64,000 nucleotides of DNA from Microbotryum violaceum (taxonomy: Eukaryota): the NCBI GenBank assembly GCA_001244265.2, contig CDLV01000009.1, positions 1,488,001 to 1,552,000 of the forward strand. Reading direction: 5' to 3'. Each line of letters starts with the position of its first letter. Position 1 is the stretch's first letter. The notes below the pieces were generated by a model. That model was not told where the DNA came from. It did not search any database and saw nothing but the letters and a program-made list of their open reading frames with translations. The translations under genes were made by a program, and so were the position numbers. Positions 1 to 11,899 of the stretch are shown here, one piece after another.

Positions 1-160
1 TTATTAGCTGGGGCGCGAGCGAGTTTCATTTCATGTCGATCCCTCTCACGGCCGGCGCGCCTCCACCCTCCTCCACCCGCATCTCCCGCATCGCCATTTT
101 GTACGTTGCCTTCCACGCCTCCCTCTCTCAGTCGTCGCAGCCCCGACGACAAAGCGAACG

Positions 161-2192
161 ATGGACGTGGCCGTACCTTTGGTCGACACCTTGGCCGCTC
201 CATTGGCTTTGGCGCCTTCCTTATTGAACACGACCGCTTTGGTCGCTTTGAAAGAAGGTCAGTCGTCCATGACCCATCCAAGGCGGATTCGCGTTGTCGT
301 TCCCGATCGGGCTCGAGGCTCGGCCAGGAGGAGGGGAGGGGAGGGGCTAAAGGGGGGTAAAGGGGGGTTGGGTTGTTACATGAGAGGGAGAAGGGGCAGA
401 TTTGCTGACGAGCATCCATTCATGTTTTAAAAAGAAATCAACCCGGAGACATGTGAATTGTTGGGGCCGTTCGCTTTGGTTGTTCAGGTGAGTGGGGGTG
501 GCAAGTGTTTGTAGAAGGCGAGGGGAAGGGATGACGACGGATGATGTGAACACCGCCGGCGACGCACGGCGTTAGCCCGCTTGACGCCAAAAGAGAGGGG
601 CCAGGGGACACGGATTGGAGATAAGACTGACTCTATTGAATTCCATCCGTTCACGTCCCACAGGCCATCATGGGCGTCGTCGTGGTCGGGTCGTTGTTGC
701 TCAAGCGAGCGCACGAGAAGCCACGACGAAGGTGGAAGGTCTGGCTCGGCGACGTCGGCAAGCAGATCGTAGGACAGGCGTTTGTGCATTCGTCCAATGT
801 CGCTATAAGCGGTCAGTACATTCTACAACGGCGGAACCGGGGGAGGGATTGGAATTCCTCCGCTGACTCGACAACTCTGGCGGATCCGCGCTCAGACTTG
901 ATCGCTCGCCACAAACTCGACAACCCTTGTTCGCTCTACGCGCTCAACATCTTTATCGACACGACCTTGGGCGTCTTGATCGTCTATAGCTTCCTGAGGA
1001 TCTCGACCCATATCCTCAAGCAGTATTCACCGACGTACAAGACGGGCTATTACGGGAACCCATTCCAATTCACGTTTTGGGCTCGGCAGGTTAGTCCCAG
1101 AGCCCAGCCCAGCCGAAGGGACGTCATAGTGGCTGATGATGAATCGGGTTATGGGTCGCCCAGGCCGCCGTCTACGTCGGTTGCCTCACAGCGATGAAGA
1201 TCGTCGTGCTCCTTCTCTTTTGGGCTTTCCCGACCCTCTTTGTCTTCGCCAATTGGTGCCTCTCCTGGCTCGAATCCGACGAAGCCCAAGTCATCGCCGT
1301 CATGCTCATCCTTCCCATCATCATGAACCTCTTTCAATTTCTGATCACGGATTCAATTTTGAGGAGTAAGGAACTGCCTTTGGCTACTGGTGGTGGCGGT
1401 GGGGAAGGACACGAAGGAAACGGGGAGGATGAGGAGAGGGGTTTCTTGGAGGATCATGACGGGGATCGTGACGAGGAGGAAGAGGACGCCAAGCATCTTG
1501 CGGCGAGAGGGATACTCCATGCCGCGGGTGCATGCGATAGTGGCTATGATACGGTCACGACTTTGACGTCCTCGATGGGGAAGACTTCACCGCCCCTCGG
1601 ACTACAAACCGACGGATTAGGTCGGAATCAGAGAGGATCTTTCGTAGGCGGCAACTCTACTTCGCCTCATCAACAATTTGGATCGGGGTTGGAAAGGAGG
1701 CTCAGTCCTTCGATCGCTTATCCACCTTCGATGACGTCGTCGGCCAAGAGGATTGTGGTACCGGTGAGGATCGAAACGAACAGTCAAGGTGTTTCGCCGA
1801 TAGCGAGGTCGGGGACGCCGGCGAGTTATTTGATACCCCCTACGACGACGGCAGTGGGGATGGAGAAGCCGAAGGAAGAGGAAGAGGATGATTGGGGGGA
1901 CAACTTTTCCATTTCTAGCGAGGAGGGCGAATTGGGTGGGAACGCGAAGACGGAGAAGGAGGGTCAGAATCAGAATCAGGACCAGGAACTTGGTCGAGGA
2001 TCGTTAGAACGAGCGATCAATGATCTGTTAGCGAATGATCAAGGAGAGGAGGGGGGGCATACGAAGGTCTGGAACGAGAAGCTAGGGAGTCCCGGTGGGA
2101 TGAGGGGGTTGGATCGGATACGGACGACGACGATTGACCCTTTGGCGGTGGGGGAGGAGGATGAGGAGGCCGCGGAGGGATGGGGTTTGTGA
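161..2192 (+). CDS. STIMATE/TMEM110 (YPL162C-like vacuolar membrane) family protein, multi-exon
   Basis: Spliced exons read MDVAVP..., CELLGPFALVVQ, AIMGVVVVGSLLLKRAHEKPRRRWKVWLGDVGKQIVGQAFVH, NPCSLYALNIFIDTTLGV, YYGNPFQFTFWARQ and VMLILPIIMNLFQFLITDSIL, followed by an acidic disordered tail to TGA 2192. GT..AG introns with CTRAC-type branch sites. Confidence 0.85.
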
Positions 2193-2604
2193 TCGGATTA
2201 ATCGGAGGGAGGGGACGCTTCACCTTCGTTTGTGTTCAATTGGCGTGCTTATTTTTTCTGTCGGTTTGTTGTATCCTTCATGTCGACATCGTTCGGGGAA
2301 GTGGTTGCCAGACCCTTCGTTTCGCTCGTTCCACCGTGCTCTTTTAGCGTCTTTAGCGTACTACTACTGCATCTTCAGTTCTTTCGATCTCTTTACGCTG
2401 TGAACAACGTGAGAAGGGAGCGTCTCGAGCTCCCATGAGTAAGGGTCTAAGCAGATGTTGACGCCGAAAATTGGGGAGAAAGAGCGCCTTCCTCCCGATT
2501 GGTAGTTGATTTCAAAACTACTACCCAAGAGGGATTCACAACCCTCTCCCTCGTCCAACTTCAAGAGAGGCAAGACGTTTTTTGACCGGAGCTCTTCCAA
2601 CGGT

Positions 2605-3201
2605 TTAACGGCTGGCAAAGTACTCCAACAAGACGTTGAGGGACTCGGACTCGACGCCGTAATCCTTTACGACAACGCACGAGCAGCCGACGACCTTGCG
2701 AGCGACACCTTCCTTGTCGAGCTTGCACAGACCGGCCCACTCGCCCAACAACTTGGGGTCCGAGACCTTGATCAAGTTGATCTTGTGTTCGGCGCAGAGG
2801 GCCTCGATCAATTGAACGTACGAGGGCTCGTTGCACGACTCGTTGAGGACCTGGTGAATAGAGGGAATAAACTCGGAGTTAATCAGACTTGCCTTCCCGA
2901 CGAATTAGCTAGTTTGGCGGCAACTCACGCAAAGGTGGGCTTGACGCTTGTCAAGGGCCTTGGCGCACTCGCGGAGACCGCGCGCGAGACCATCGTGAAT
3001 CATGGCCTTCTTCAATACATCCTAAGTGGATTGAAGAAGAAGCTCTCGGATCAGCCTTGAATCTTTCATGAGCGGCAGCTCCGTCGTACTCACTTGGAGG
3101 GCATCCTCGACGGACATCTTGCCCTTGGGGGCTTCGGCCTCGGCGACCTGAACCTCCTCGACATCGGCAACAATGGGGGTCTCGCTTCCGTTATCACTCA
3201 T
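2605..3201 (-). CDS. RPS12: 40S ribosomal protein S12 (eS12), 3 coding exons
   Basis: MSDNGSE...MSVEDALQ / [30 protein letters not shown] / [52 protein letters not shown]. Confidence 0.97.
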
Positions 3202-3210
3202 GATTATTAA

Positions 3211-3726
3211 CTGCAGCGTCAAAGAACAGGAAAAGGTGATTAGTTCCGGATGCTTCGAACGCGTGGATGAAGTCATGAGGGTGGGCGAGGCGGCGGCATG
3301 CGGCAGGCGTCAAGACTAGCTTTGCTAATTGAATATTGAACGTATTGAACGTATGCGGCAGGCGCGGGCGGGTGCGTGGTCGCGGTTGGCTGGGTCGTAT
3401 GCGCACCTTGCTAGGCGGGCGTAGCGGCCGAATGAAACTCCTAGGTCCAGAGTCGATACCAAGTCGCTGTCTTCAAGGTCTTGACACGGTTGGCCTGACT
3501 GCACGTCGAGCGGGAGGGGTGGTGGGTGGTGGGCGTGGGGGGCGTCTTTTCCCACGCTGCGAGTCGTGCGCGAGGCTGAGCGGAGCTGAGAGGTGTCGAC
3601 ACCGGACCGTCCTTGAAGTGGTCGAGCCAACAGTCGCTGGTCGAGGTGGCCGAGAATAGATCGTAGGGTAACTTGAATGTACTCACACTTGAATGAAGCT
3701 GTCCTAAGCGATATGAAAAGAAGTAG
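3211..3726 (-). promoter_or_regulatory. Probable RPS12 non-coding first exon (pyrimidine-rich start) plus ~475-nt 5'UTR intron
   Basis: The minus strand reads CTACTTCTTTTCATATCGC...TTCAAGT|GTGAGT (donor at 3686). The acceptor ...TTGACGCTGCAG| at 3211 lies 9 nt before the ATG. Confidence 0.6.
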
Positions 3727-4599
3727 AAGCCCAGAACAGGCCAGGCGGGGTTCGCAGGTCTTGTGCGCGCGCGCGCTCTGGCCGGAAAAATCTCGAGCCC
3801 ACATTGAAGGCGCACGCGGTGCGCGGGGCGGGTAAGGGAGACCGCAATTCGGCATTACAGGCTGAGCTAATCGAAGGGTCGGGTGCGGACACCCTCGAGC
3901 GGATCCAGGGAGAAGCGGGGAGTACTTTGGGCAACTCGATAGTAACTCAGTGCGATGCGTCATTGTGTGGGCCGCCCGTTGTTAAGTTGTCCCCCCCCCC
4001 ACCCCACACCTACATACACACTTGCCTGAGCCTCCAGCTACAGTACCATCGCTCTCGTCGGGTCAAGGCCGTTAATTCTGTTCAAGAGAAACCTGTGTGA
4101 GTTCCTGTTTGGAGCTCCAGAAGACACCGGCGCCACCACCCTGTATTCCATACGCCAAGCCATCGTCGTTGTCTATATCGCCAGTCGACGTCACACACGT
4201 GCATCGTCATGCAACTCCCATCGACCGGGGATCGACCTTGTCCAGCAAACACCGGGATTTTCACACCATTTGCATGTGGATGCAGTGGCACCTGCTGTGT
4301 TGCCCATCGGAGTCGCACCGACCTCTCCATCGGAAGACGATTCGAGCGTGAAAGTCGACAACTGACTGCACGCCCAACCCGAGCCCACTTCTCGGTGAAT
4401 CTGGGGCGACTTCCGGCACCTACTTTCGACTCCCGGAAATGTGTTCCTTTCCAAACGGTTGTCGAACCTTGTTACTGAACAGATCCCTCTTTTCCTACGT
4501 GCAGAGCGATCAGTCGTCGTTTGTCCGCGCCAGCTCCGATCCCAACCCGCCGTGGGTGTGCTCGTGCTCTCAAGCCCCAATCCGCCCCCAATACAAGTC

Positions 4600-6791
4600 A
4601 TGGCCCCTAAGAAGCGCGCATCCGCCCCCAACTCGAAGGCGTCGTCCACCTCGACCTCGACCTCGACCCCTTCCTCCGCAACACGGAGTAGACAAAAGGC
4701 CACCGCACCCGCTGCTGCGCTCGTCGTCATCGATTCCGTCTCGTCCTCCGATGTCGAATCCGTCGTCGCAGACTACACCGATGGCGACGACGACGATTCC
4801 GACGTCGATGCTCAAGCTGAACAAGCTGAACAAGCTGAACAAGCTGAACCTGCCACACCGACGGGGACCGCCAACCCCTTCTCCGCTAGCAAAGACCACG
4901 ACTCTGCAGCCCGACTCGCCTCGCCCGCTCGACTACCGAGTACGCCCAAATCACCGCCGAGCAAAAAGGCGTCCGGCGAGGCTTACACCGGCGCCGACCA
5001 TGACCCCAACAAGAAGGTCAAGGCCATCATCGAACGCACCGTGTGGGGCTTCGTCATGGGTGGTGGCGCGATCGCGCTCGTCGCCGCCGGTCATCTGTAC
5101 TGCATCGTGCTCGTCTTTTTATGCCAGGCCGTCGTCTTTTCAGAGTTGACGAGTCTCTTTGACGTGGGGTATTCCAATACCGTCCATGAGTCGGCTGTGG
5201 CTCCTGTGCATCCTTCGGATCCGAGGGCCGCGGAAAAGGAGTTGAGGCGAAAAGGAAGGAGGGAGGAGAGGAATCGCTACAGTCGGAGGATGAGCTGGTC
5301 AGTCCGCACGACTGACGTGACGTCTTTAGGATATGGAAGGGGCTGACCGTTCATGACTTTTATTAGGTACTTTTTTGCCGTGACCAACTACTTTCTCTAC
5401 GGCGAGAGTCTCATCTACTACTTCAAGCACATTCTCACCTTGCAAACCTCATTCCTGCCCTCGGCCTTCACTTTTGCCCAACACCACCGTCTTATCTCCT
5501 TCGGTCTCTACACATTAGGTTCGTTTGGGTCTGCCCTCCGAGGTCTGCAGGCATCAAATACTGATATTGGCTCATCCTACGACCAGGCTTTGTTTCGTTC
5601 GTCGCCAACCTCGACCGCGCCCAGTTGAGGAGACAATTTGGCCTCTTTGGCTGGATCCACATGTCTTTGCTGTTGATCGTCGTGAGCAGCCATTTCATTG
5701 TCAACAACATCCTCGAGGTAGGTCTATTTACTGCTCAAGTCCGATGCTAGAGGTGGAATCGCTGATTTCTTCGTTTGTGACCTTCAGGGCATGATCTGGT
5801 TCTTCATCCCCGCGACGATCGTCATCACCAACGACATCGCCGCTTATGCTTGCGGTATGCGCTAATCCCATCTGATTCGAACGTCGAAGTGGGACGTGTG
5901 CTGATGACTCCTTGATATCCACAGGTATGGCCTTTGGTCGACACCAGCTCATCAAGCTGTCGCCCAAGAAGACGGTCGAAGGCTTTGTTGGCGCTTTCTT
6001 TGTGACGATTGCGATCGCCGTTGCCGTGAGTACTGAAGCTAGGGGAACATCTGATCCATTTGCTGACATGTTCTCACCTCCTGGCCCGTGTCTAGGTCGG
6101 CACCTTATTCATGCGCTCCGACTACATGATCTGCCCCGTACAAGATCTGTCCTCGAACGCCTTCTCCGCCGCCTCGTGCACGCCCAATCCCGTCTTCAAC
6201 TGGTATAGCATCCCCCTCCCCTCCTCGATCGTCGCGGGAATGGAAGGTCTCGTGAGTTTGTTCAGTGCTGCGCAAAAGACTCGACCCCGCTCCCAATACT
6301 TCCGAGCTGATCACGTCAGAACCATACCTCACCAGACCGGCGGTCATGCGATCCGTTCCCTCTGGTGGACGCCCTTCCAATTCCATCTCGTCGTCCTCGC
6401 CATTTTCGCCTCCCTCGTCGCTCCTTTCGGCGGTTTCTTTGCCAGTGGTTTCAAGCGCGCTTTCAACATCAAGGATTTTGGCGACTCGATCCCTGGTCAT
6501 GGAGGGATGACCGATCGAATGGATTGTCAATTCTTGATGGGCTGGTTCACTTATGTGTTGGTCCTACCCCTCAGGAATCCGTTTCATCTTTCTCGAAACT
6601 GACTCGACGCTTTCATTGGTGATGGCAAAATTAGTTACTACGCCTCCTTGATCCGCGTCTCCCACGTCACGGTCACGAGCCTGATGGCCCAAGCTGCTTC
6701 GGCTTTGACGACGCAACAGCAGGTCGAGCTGTTGAGGGAATTAAACCAGTATCTCGTTTCGAAAGGGGTCAAGGCCCAAATTGGGATTTGA
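4600..6791 (+). CDS. CDS1: Phosphatidate cytidylyltransferase (CDP-DAG synthase), multi-exon
   Basis: Motifs [26 protein letters not shown] and [42 protein letters not shown]. The N-terminus carries a (CAAGCTGAA)4 repeat encoding QAE. Confidence 0.96.
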
Positions 6792-7325
6792 ACGTGAACG
6801 CGTGTTCTTCCACTCCGTGATTGTAAGGTTCCCTCGAAACGACATCCTATCGGCGACCCGCCTCTTCTTGTCTATTGGTCTCGCTCGCTCAGCCTCTGCG
6901 TCGTTCTTTCACCACACCATCCACTCACCCAAAATCAGGTCTTTAACGGTTTTCCGCTCTTCCTATTGTTGAATGTTATGAAATGATGCTGTTTGAAAAT
7001 TGCTTTCCTCCTGGAGAAGGAGGTTCTTCGTTCGCCATTGAGAGATTCGCTCGTCTCGTGGGCCGGACTCGAGGCTTGTTCAACAAGGAGCAGTTGCTCT
7101 CACCGCTTGTCCGGATATTGTCACATAATACTACTCCAATGCAAGATTTAAAAACACCCAAAATTACTGAAGAAACAACTTTGACCTTGTGTTACATGTA
7201 AGATCCAAATATTAACTTGCATTGAAGATACGCTACGCGCGTAGTAAACCCGAGAAACCCTTAAACCTCACCCGACTCACCCACCACCGGCGAAAAGCTC
7301 CACCGACCGACGATTTCGTGACTTT

Positions 7326-9319
7326 TTACAAAACGTAGACAAAATCCGGGTTCTGCTTATCGGTCATATCGAGGAAAGCGTTTTCCAAACCATGATCGAC
7401 TTGTTCAAACTTGTTCGCCATGGACGTATCGTTGATTTGCGCGGTTTGGCCGTTCGCGACGCGTTGAGCTGCTTTCTGGCGGTTCAACCAGGCGAGATTC
7501 GCGGCTTGCAATCCGATGAGGCCGATGAGCACGCAAAAGATAGCGAGGGTGCCTTTGAGACCGGGGCTGAGAGGAGGGAAGCCGGAAGGTAGAGGGGTCA
7601 GTACGGCTCAAAGCAAAGCGGGGGAGAAAGACCTTGCTGGGACTGACTAGTAGTCGGGCCCGTCTTTGGACTTGAAGATGAAAGGTCCGGCAATGTTACC
7701 GATCGACGAGGCGGCGTTGTAAGCGGTGAAGACGGCCGACTTTTTGGTTTGACCACCCGTGTTGGCGCTGATCCAAGTGACGAGAAGAGGATTCGCGGCA
7801 AAGACAAAGCCGATGAGGTAGTAGCCGACCAAGAGCGCCGAGCGGTGCGCCTTGATGTGAGGGACGGCGTACAAGATGGCGACACCGATCACGACGGGCA
7901 CCATGAACGCGGCGAGGATGACGGACTTTAGCTTGAAGCGGTACGCGAGCCACGACGACAAGAGAATCGCGAGCAACTGGATCGCTCCGAAGGGGATGTT
8001 GAGCAGCATCGACTCGTACGCGGTGAAGCCGACGAGTTGTTGGAGAATCAGGGGACCGAAAACGTTCGAGACCGAGGCACCGACGTTAATACAGAAGGAG
8101 CAGGCGAGGAAGATCCACGCCGACGGTTGGGTGAAGAGCTCAATGACCTGGGAAAATTTGAACTCGGAAGATGCAATACCGGTCTGGTTGGCGCGCAGGC
8201 GCTCCACGGCCCTTTGTCGATCCTCAGGCGACAAGAAACGAGCCTCCATGGGGCTATTGTCCATCCGCCAGTACAAGATCGGAGCGGTGATCACGGTCAC
8301 GAGGGCATAGACGAGGAACACGATCTGGTAGGTAAAGAGCGAGCTCGACTTGATGTGGCCGATGCCGTAAACGAGGGCTGAGCCGACCATCGTCTGCAAA
8401 GGTGACGAGAAGTAGCAGCGTCAGACAGCAGTCTTTACGATACTACGTGCTTTTATGATGAACGAACCGCCGTGCCATTTTGTAGATACTTTGAGATGAT
8501 CAAAATGTATCAAAGTCAATTTGCGTTTTGCTCAAGGCTACTTCAAGTCATCGGGTAGGGCAACTCACCCAAGTGGCAACGCGCAGGGGCTGTTCGGAGC
8601 GGCGATACCATGCCGAGGTGATCATCGCAAAGGCGGGGAGAACAGCCGCCTCGAAAGCACCCAGGAGGAATCGAGTGGCGAGCAAGGCACGGTAGTTGGT
8701 CGACACGGCCATCCCGACGAGCGAGACACCCCAGAGGAGGACAATCAAGGGTACGAATTGACGCACTTGGACCTTGACAAGCAGGTACGCTGCGAGCGGC
8801 TGCATGGCGAGTTGAGCGTAGTACCCAATGTTGCCGATATTCGAGTATTGATTTCCTACGAGGTGGGCATCCTTCTTCAGGCCAAAGACGGCCGAGAGAC
8901 CAATGATGGACTTGTCCGAAATTTGAAGGAAGTAGACTGCAAGAAAGGTGTAAGTCAAATCGGGAAGAAGTGGGTTTCAATTGATGCAACATAAAGGCTT
9001 ACCCCATGCGAGGAGAATGAGGACATGGATGTCAGTCCGGCGGCAGATTCGTCGACTCTGTGACGCAAAAGGGATTATCAACCGTCGAGGTAAGCTCACC
9101 GAGCTCACCAAGCCGAGCCGTCGCCGAAGTCGCGCGCCGCTTGCGTTAGCGGCAGAGCGGAGAAAACCAAAAGCTCACATCGGCTTCAGTAACAACTACC
9201 CGGTCCTCTAAGAGGGCAAGACCGCCGTCGGCATGCTTGGAGAACTCTTGGTGAGCAGTCGTGTTTTTGGCCACCGGTTCGGCGTGCTTGGACTCCGTGG
9301 ACGAGATCGAAGACACCAT
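7326..9319 (-). CDS. MFS transporter, allantoate permease (Dal5/ACS) family
   Basis: YFLQISDKSIIG, RFLLGAFEAAVLPAFAMITSAWYRRSEQPLRVATW, ARFLSPEDRQRAVERLRANQTG, ANTGGQTKK, and C-terminal FLDMTDKQNPDFVYVL. Confidence 0.92.
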
Positions 9320-10624
9320 GGCTGCGGCGGGCGAGAGGCGAGGCCGGCGAGGGGCGAGCTCTGGTTGTCGACGGTCGTCGATGATATCGATGAGCGCTGT
9401 GCGAGGTGGAGCCAGGGCTCAAGATGAGTCTTGGTCGAGGCGAGGACGTAAGGTGGTGCCTTGAAGGAACGGTCTGGAGAAGTATGGGACAGAAAGGAAA
9501 AATGGAGGGGTTGGAGTGCGGAGGTAGACGAGCGAATCGTCCCGGGCGACAAATCGTGGAAAAGTCAAAATCGTGGGGTGGTGAGGGGGCGCAGTCTGAC
9601 CGGCCCTCGGTGCCCGGTCCGTGAGGTGACCTGCGCGCACAGAGCTCTGACATGCCAACTCAGCCGCGGGCTGGCTGGGGCGTCCATCCTTGCGCCAAGA
9701 CAGTCGTCTTCTTGGGCGCGTACTAGCGCGCGCGAGAGCGCTTTAGAGACGCGGGGGGTGGGAAGAGAAGAGCGTGGGGGTGGAGATCACGTGATGTCGT
9801 GACCAGCCCGACATCGACCCCAGAGCTCCGATCACCCCGATCGAGACCGAAGCAGGTTCCGGGGACTGGAAGAATGGAAGGGGGTGGCTGTAAGTATCGT
9901 AATGGTCCCGAGGGGTCGTCGACTTCGAAATCGGAGCTCCTGCCCACGCCGCTGCCCCTCCTGCACATCTGCGCACACATCAGCGATGTGATGGAATTGA
10001 TGGAGAGGAAATCGAACCAGACTCCATGACTATGTGACTCCCCAGGATTTTATGTGGCATCTAATGTTCCCCACCGCCCCGTATCTGCGCTCACCCCGTG
10101 TTGCCAGGAGAATTGTCTCGGATCCCCCGGCCATCTCTACGTGACTGCATTGCAGCTCGAAAGGCACGATCATTTCAGACTTTTGAGGCACCTTTGACTA
10201 GTGCACAAAAGCTACAAGATTGGATGCTGGTCTCCCTGGATACCCGAATCATCACATTCGAAATCGATAATCACTGGCGCATAGACTGCTCCGTGAAATC
10301 GTGCTTATTCTCCCATCGAGCAGATCTTGCGCTACACTAAGTAATTAAATATTGACAAGTGGAGAAGGTCAATGAAATTTCATGTTGTAAGAGCTATAAT
10401 CTCCCATCAGGTAGCAACTAGAGTGCTTGAACCCTGTTGAGGTGAGAGAAGCCGGCCCGGCATTGATCATGTCACTCCTCGATCTGTAGCAAAGAGAGCA
10501 CATTTCAAATCATCGCGCACAGCAGACTTCGGGGAAGTCTTTTTTCTGTGGAGCAGATGCTAAGCAGTAATATCATATCAGATCGCAAGCTTCCATGGAC
10601 CGGCCCAGCATTTGCCACCCCCAC

Positions 10625-10975
10625 GGGGATTATATCACGTGGTGTCATAAAAAGCGCGGGGCGTCCGCCGTCGACGTTGCCCGGAATGAGCCGGGTGGGG
10701 TCATATCACGTGACTGTCGGCGTGGGGAAAGCGTGGGGCGACGTACCGTCATCACCTGTGTCGCGGCTACATCACGTGACTGCAAGCGTGGGTCCGCGGC
10801 TCCCCACGCTCTTGGGAAGTTTTGCAGGACTACAGGTAGGTGGGGGTCACCGTGAGACCACGGTCCGAATGTCATGAGCGGCTCATTGAAAATGAAGTCT
10901 CGGCGCAAGTCTCGTGTCACGATTTACGACTATGCCGAGGGGGTGTCCGTCGCACCCTAAAATCTTACGTGACTC
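10625..10975. repeat. Degenerate ~70-bp repeated module containing (A)TCACGTG(A) E-boxes and AAGCG(C/T)GGGG boxes
   Basis: TCACGTG(A) at 10635, 10706 and 10772, with variants near 10846, 10917 and 10965. Each of the first three is followed by AAGCG(C/T)GGG. A further copy is near 9771-9795. Confidence 0.5.
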
Positions 10976-11899
10976 TCACGGCTTGTCGTGTTTCTCATCT
11001 TGCAAAAAAGGAACACGTCGAGGGCGAGAAATTAAAGACAGCAAGAATCACAGAATATGCCGAAGGAGAGCTAAAATTTTGCATGAGTTGTGCTCTTGGA
11101 CCTGCGGAGATTCGGGGCTCGACTCGCGCTTTCAGCTGTTCCATCTGGCCAATGATTCCTGTGAAGCTGTGGGGAGCTTGGATGACTAGGCGGGATGTTG
11201 CTTTGTGAAGATGAAATGCGATTAATGGCCTCCATATGTTTTGGAGCTACAGGACCCATGTCCCAGCCAACTATCAGAGCCGAACTAACAACCATCATCA
11301 GCGACTGCGCAAAAAATCGACGGCATCAGGCGCGAGGTTTTTACCGGCGAGGAGAGGCTTGAGGGCGCACAGGCACTACCTTGTGTCATTTCGGGATGAG
11401 TATTTTATAAAATAATACGCTCTCAGATAAATCTGTGGCGAACAACGATGGAACGTGATACACGTCTGCACCTGCAGGTGCAGTCATGTCCGAGCTTTCT
11501 TCATCAGTAGGGCTCGGCCAGGTTCATCTCCGAGAGGCTTACTTTCTTGTCGTGCAAAGGCTTAACTCAACAGACCGCAGATCCATCCGATTTACCTTGT
11601 TTCAGAGGAAGCACCCTCATCAGTCAGAGCTCTCGATCCCTCGGTACAAAGCTCCTGCCAGGACCCGACATTGCGCGGCACTGTCCTAGGAGTGCTCTGA
11701 CTGTTAATGATCTTGATGCCAATGGTTGTGCTATGCGAACTCTGAAGTCTTGCGCCAAATTCCGGCTGAGAGCTCGGGCGAGTCCCGGCTCGGCTGAGCA
11801 CCTGCTGCACTAGTATCTGTAGGGAATATACTGCTCCGTTCTCACTGCAGCTCTCGATGCCAAATCCGTCTCCTCGGAGTCCGATCCATTTTGAAGAGT

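Noticed and set aside
2506-3060. 184-aa plus-strand ORF
   Set aside because: Antisense shadow of codon-biased RPS12. The same applies to many overlapping ORFs, such as 52081-52869, 19260-19754 and 59748-60383.
11401-11414. Perfect palindrome TATTTTATAAAATA
   Set aside because: Short and AT-only, with no supporting context.
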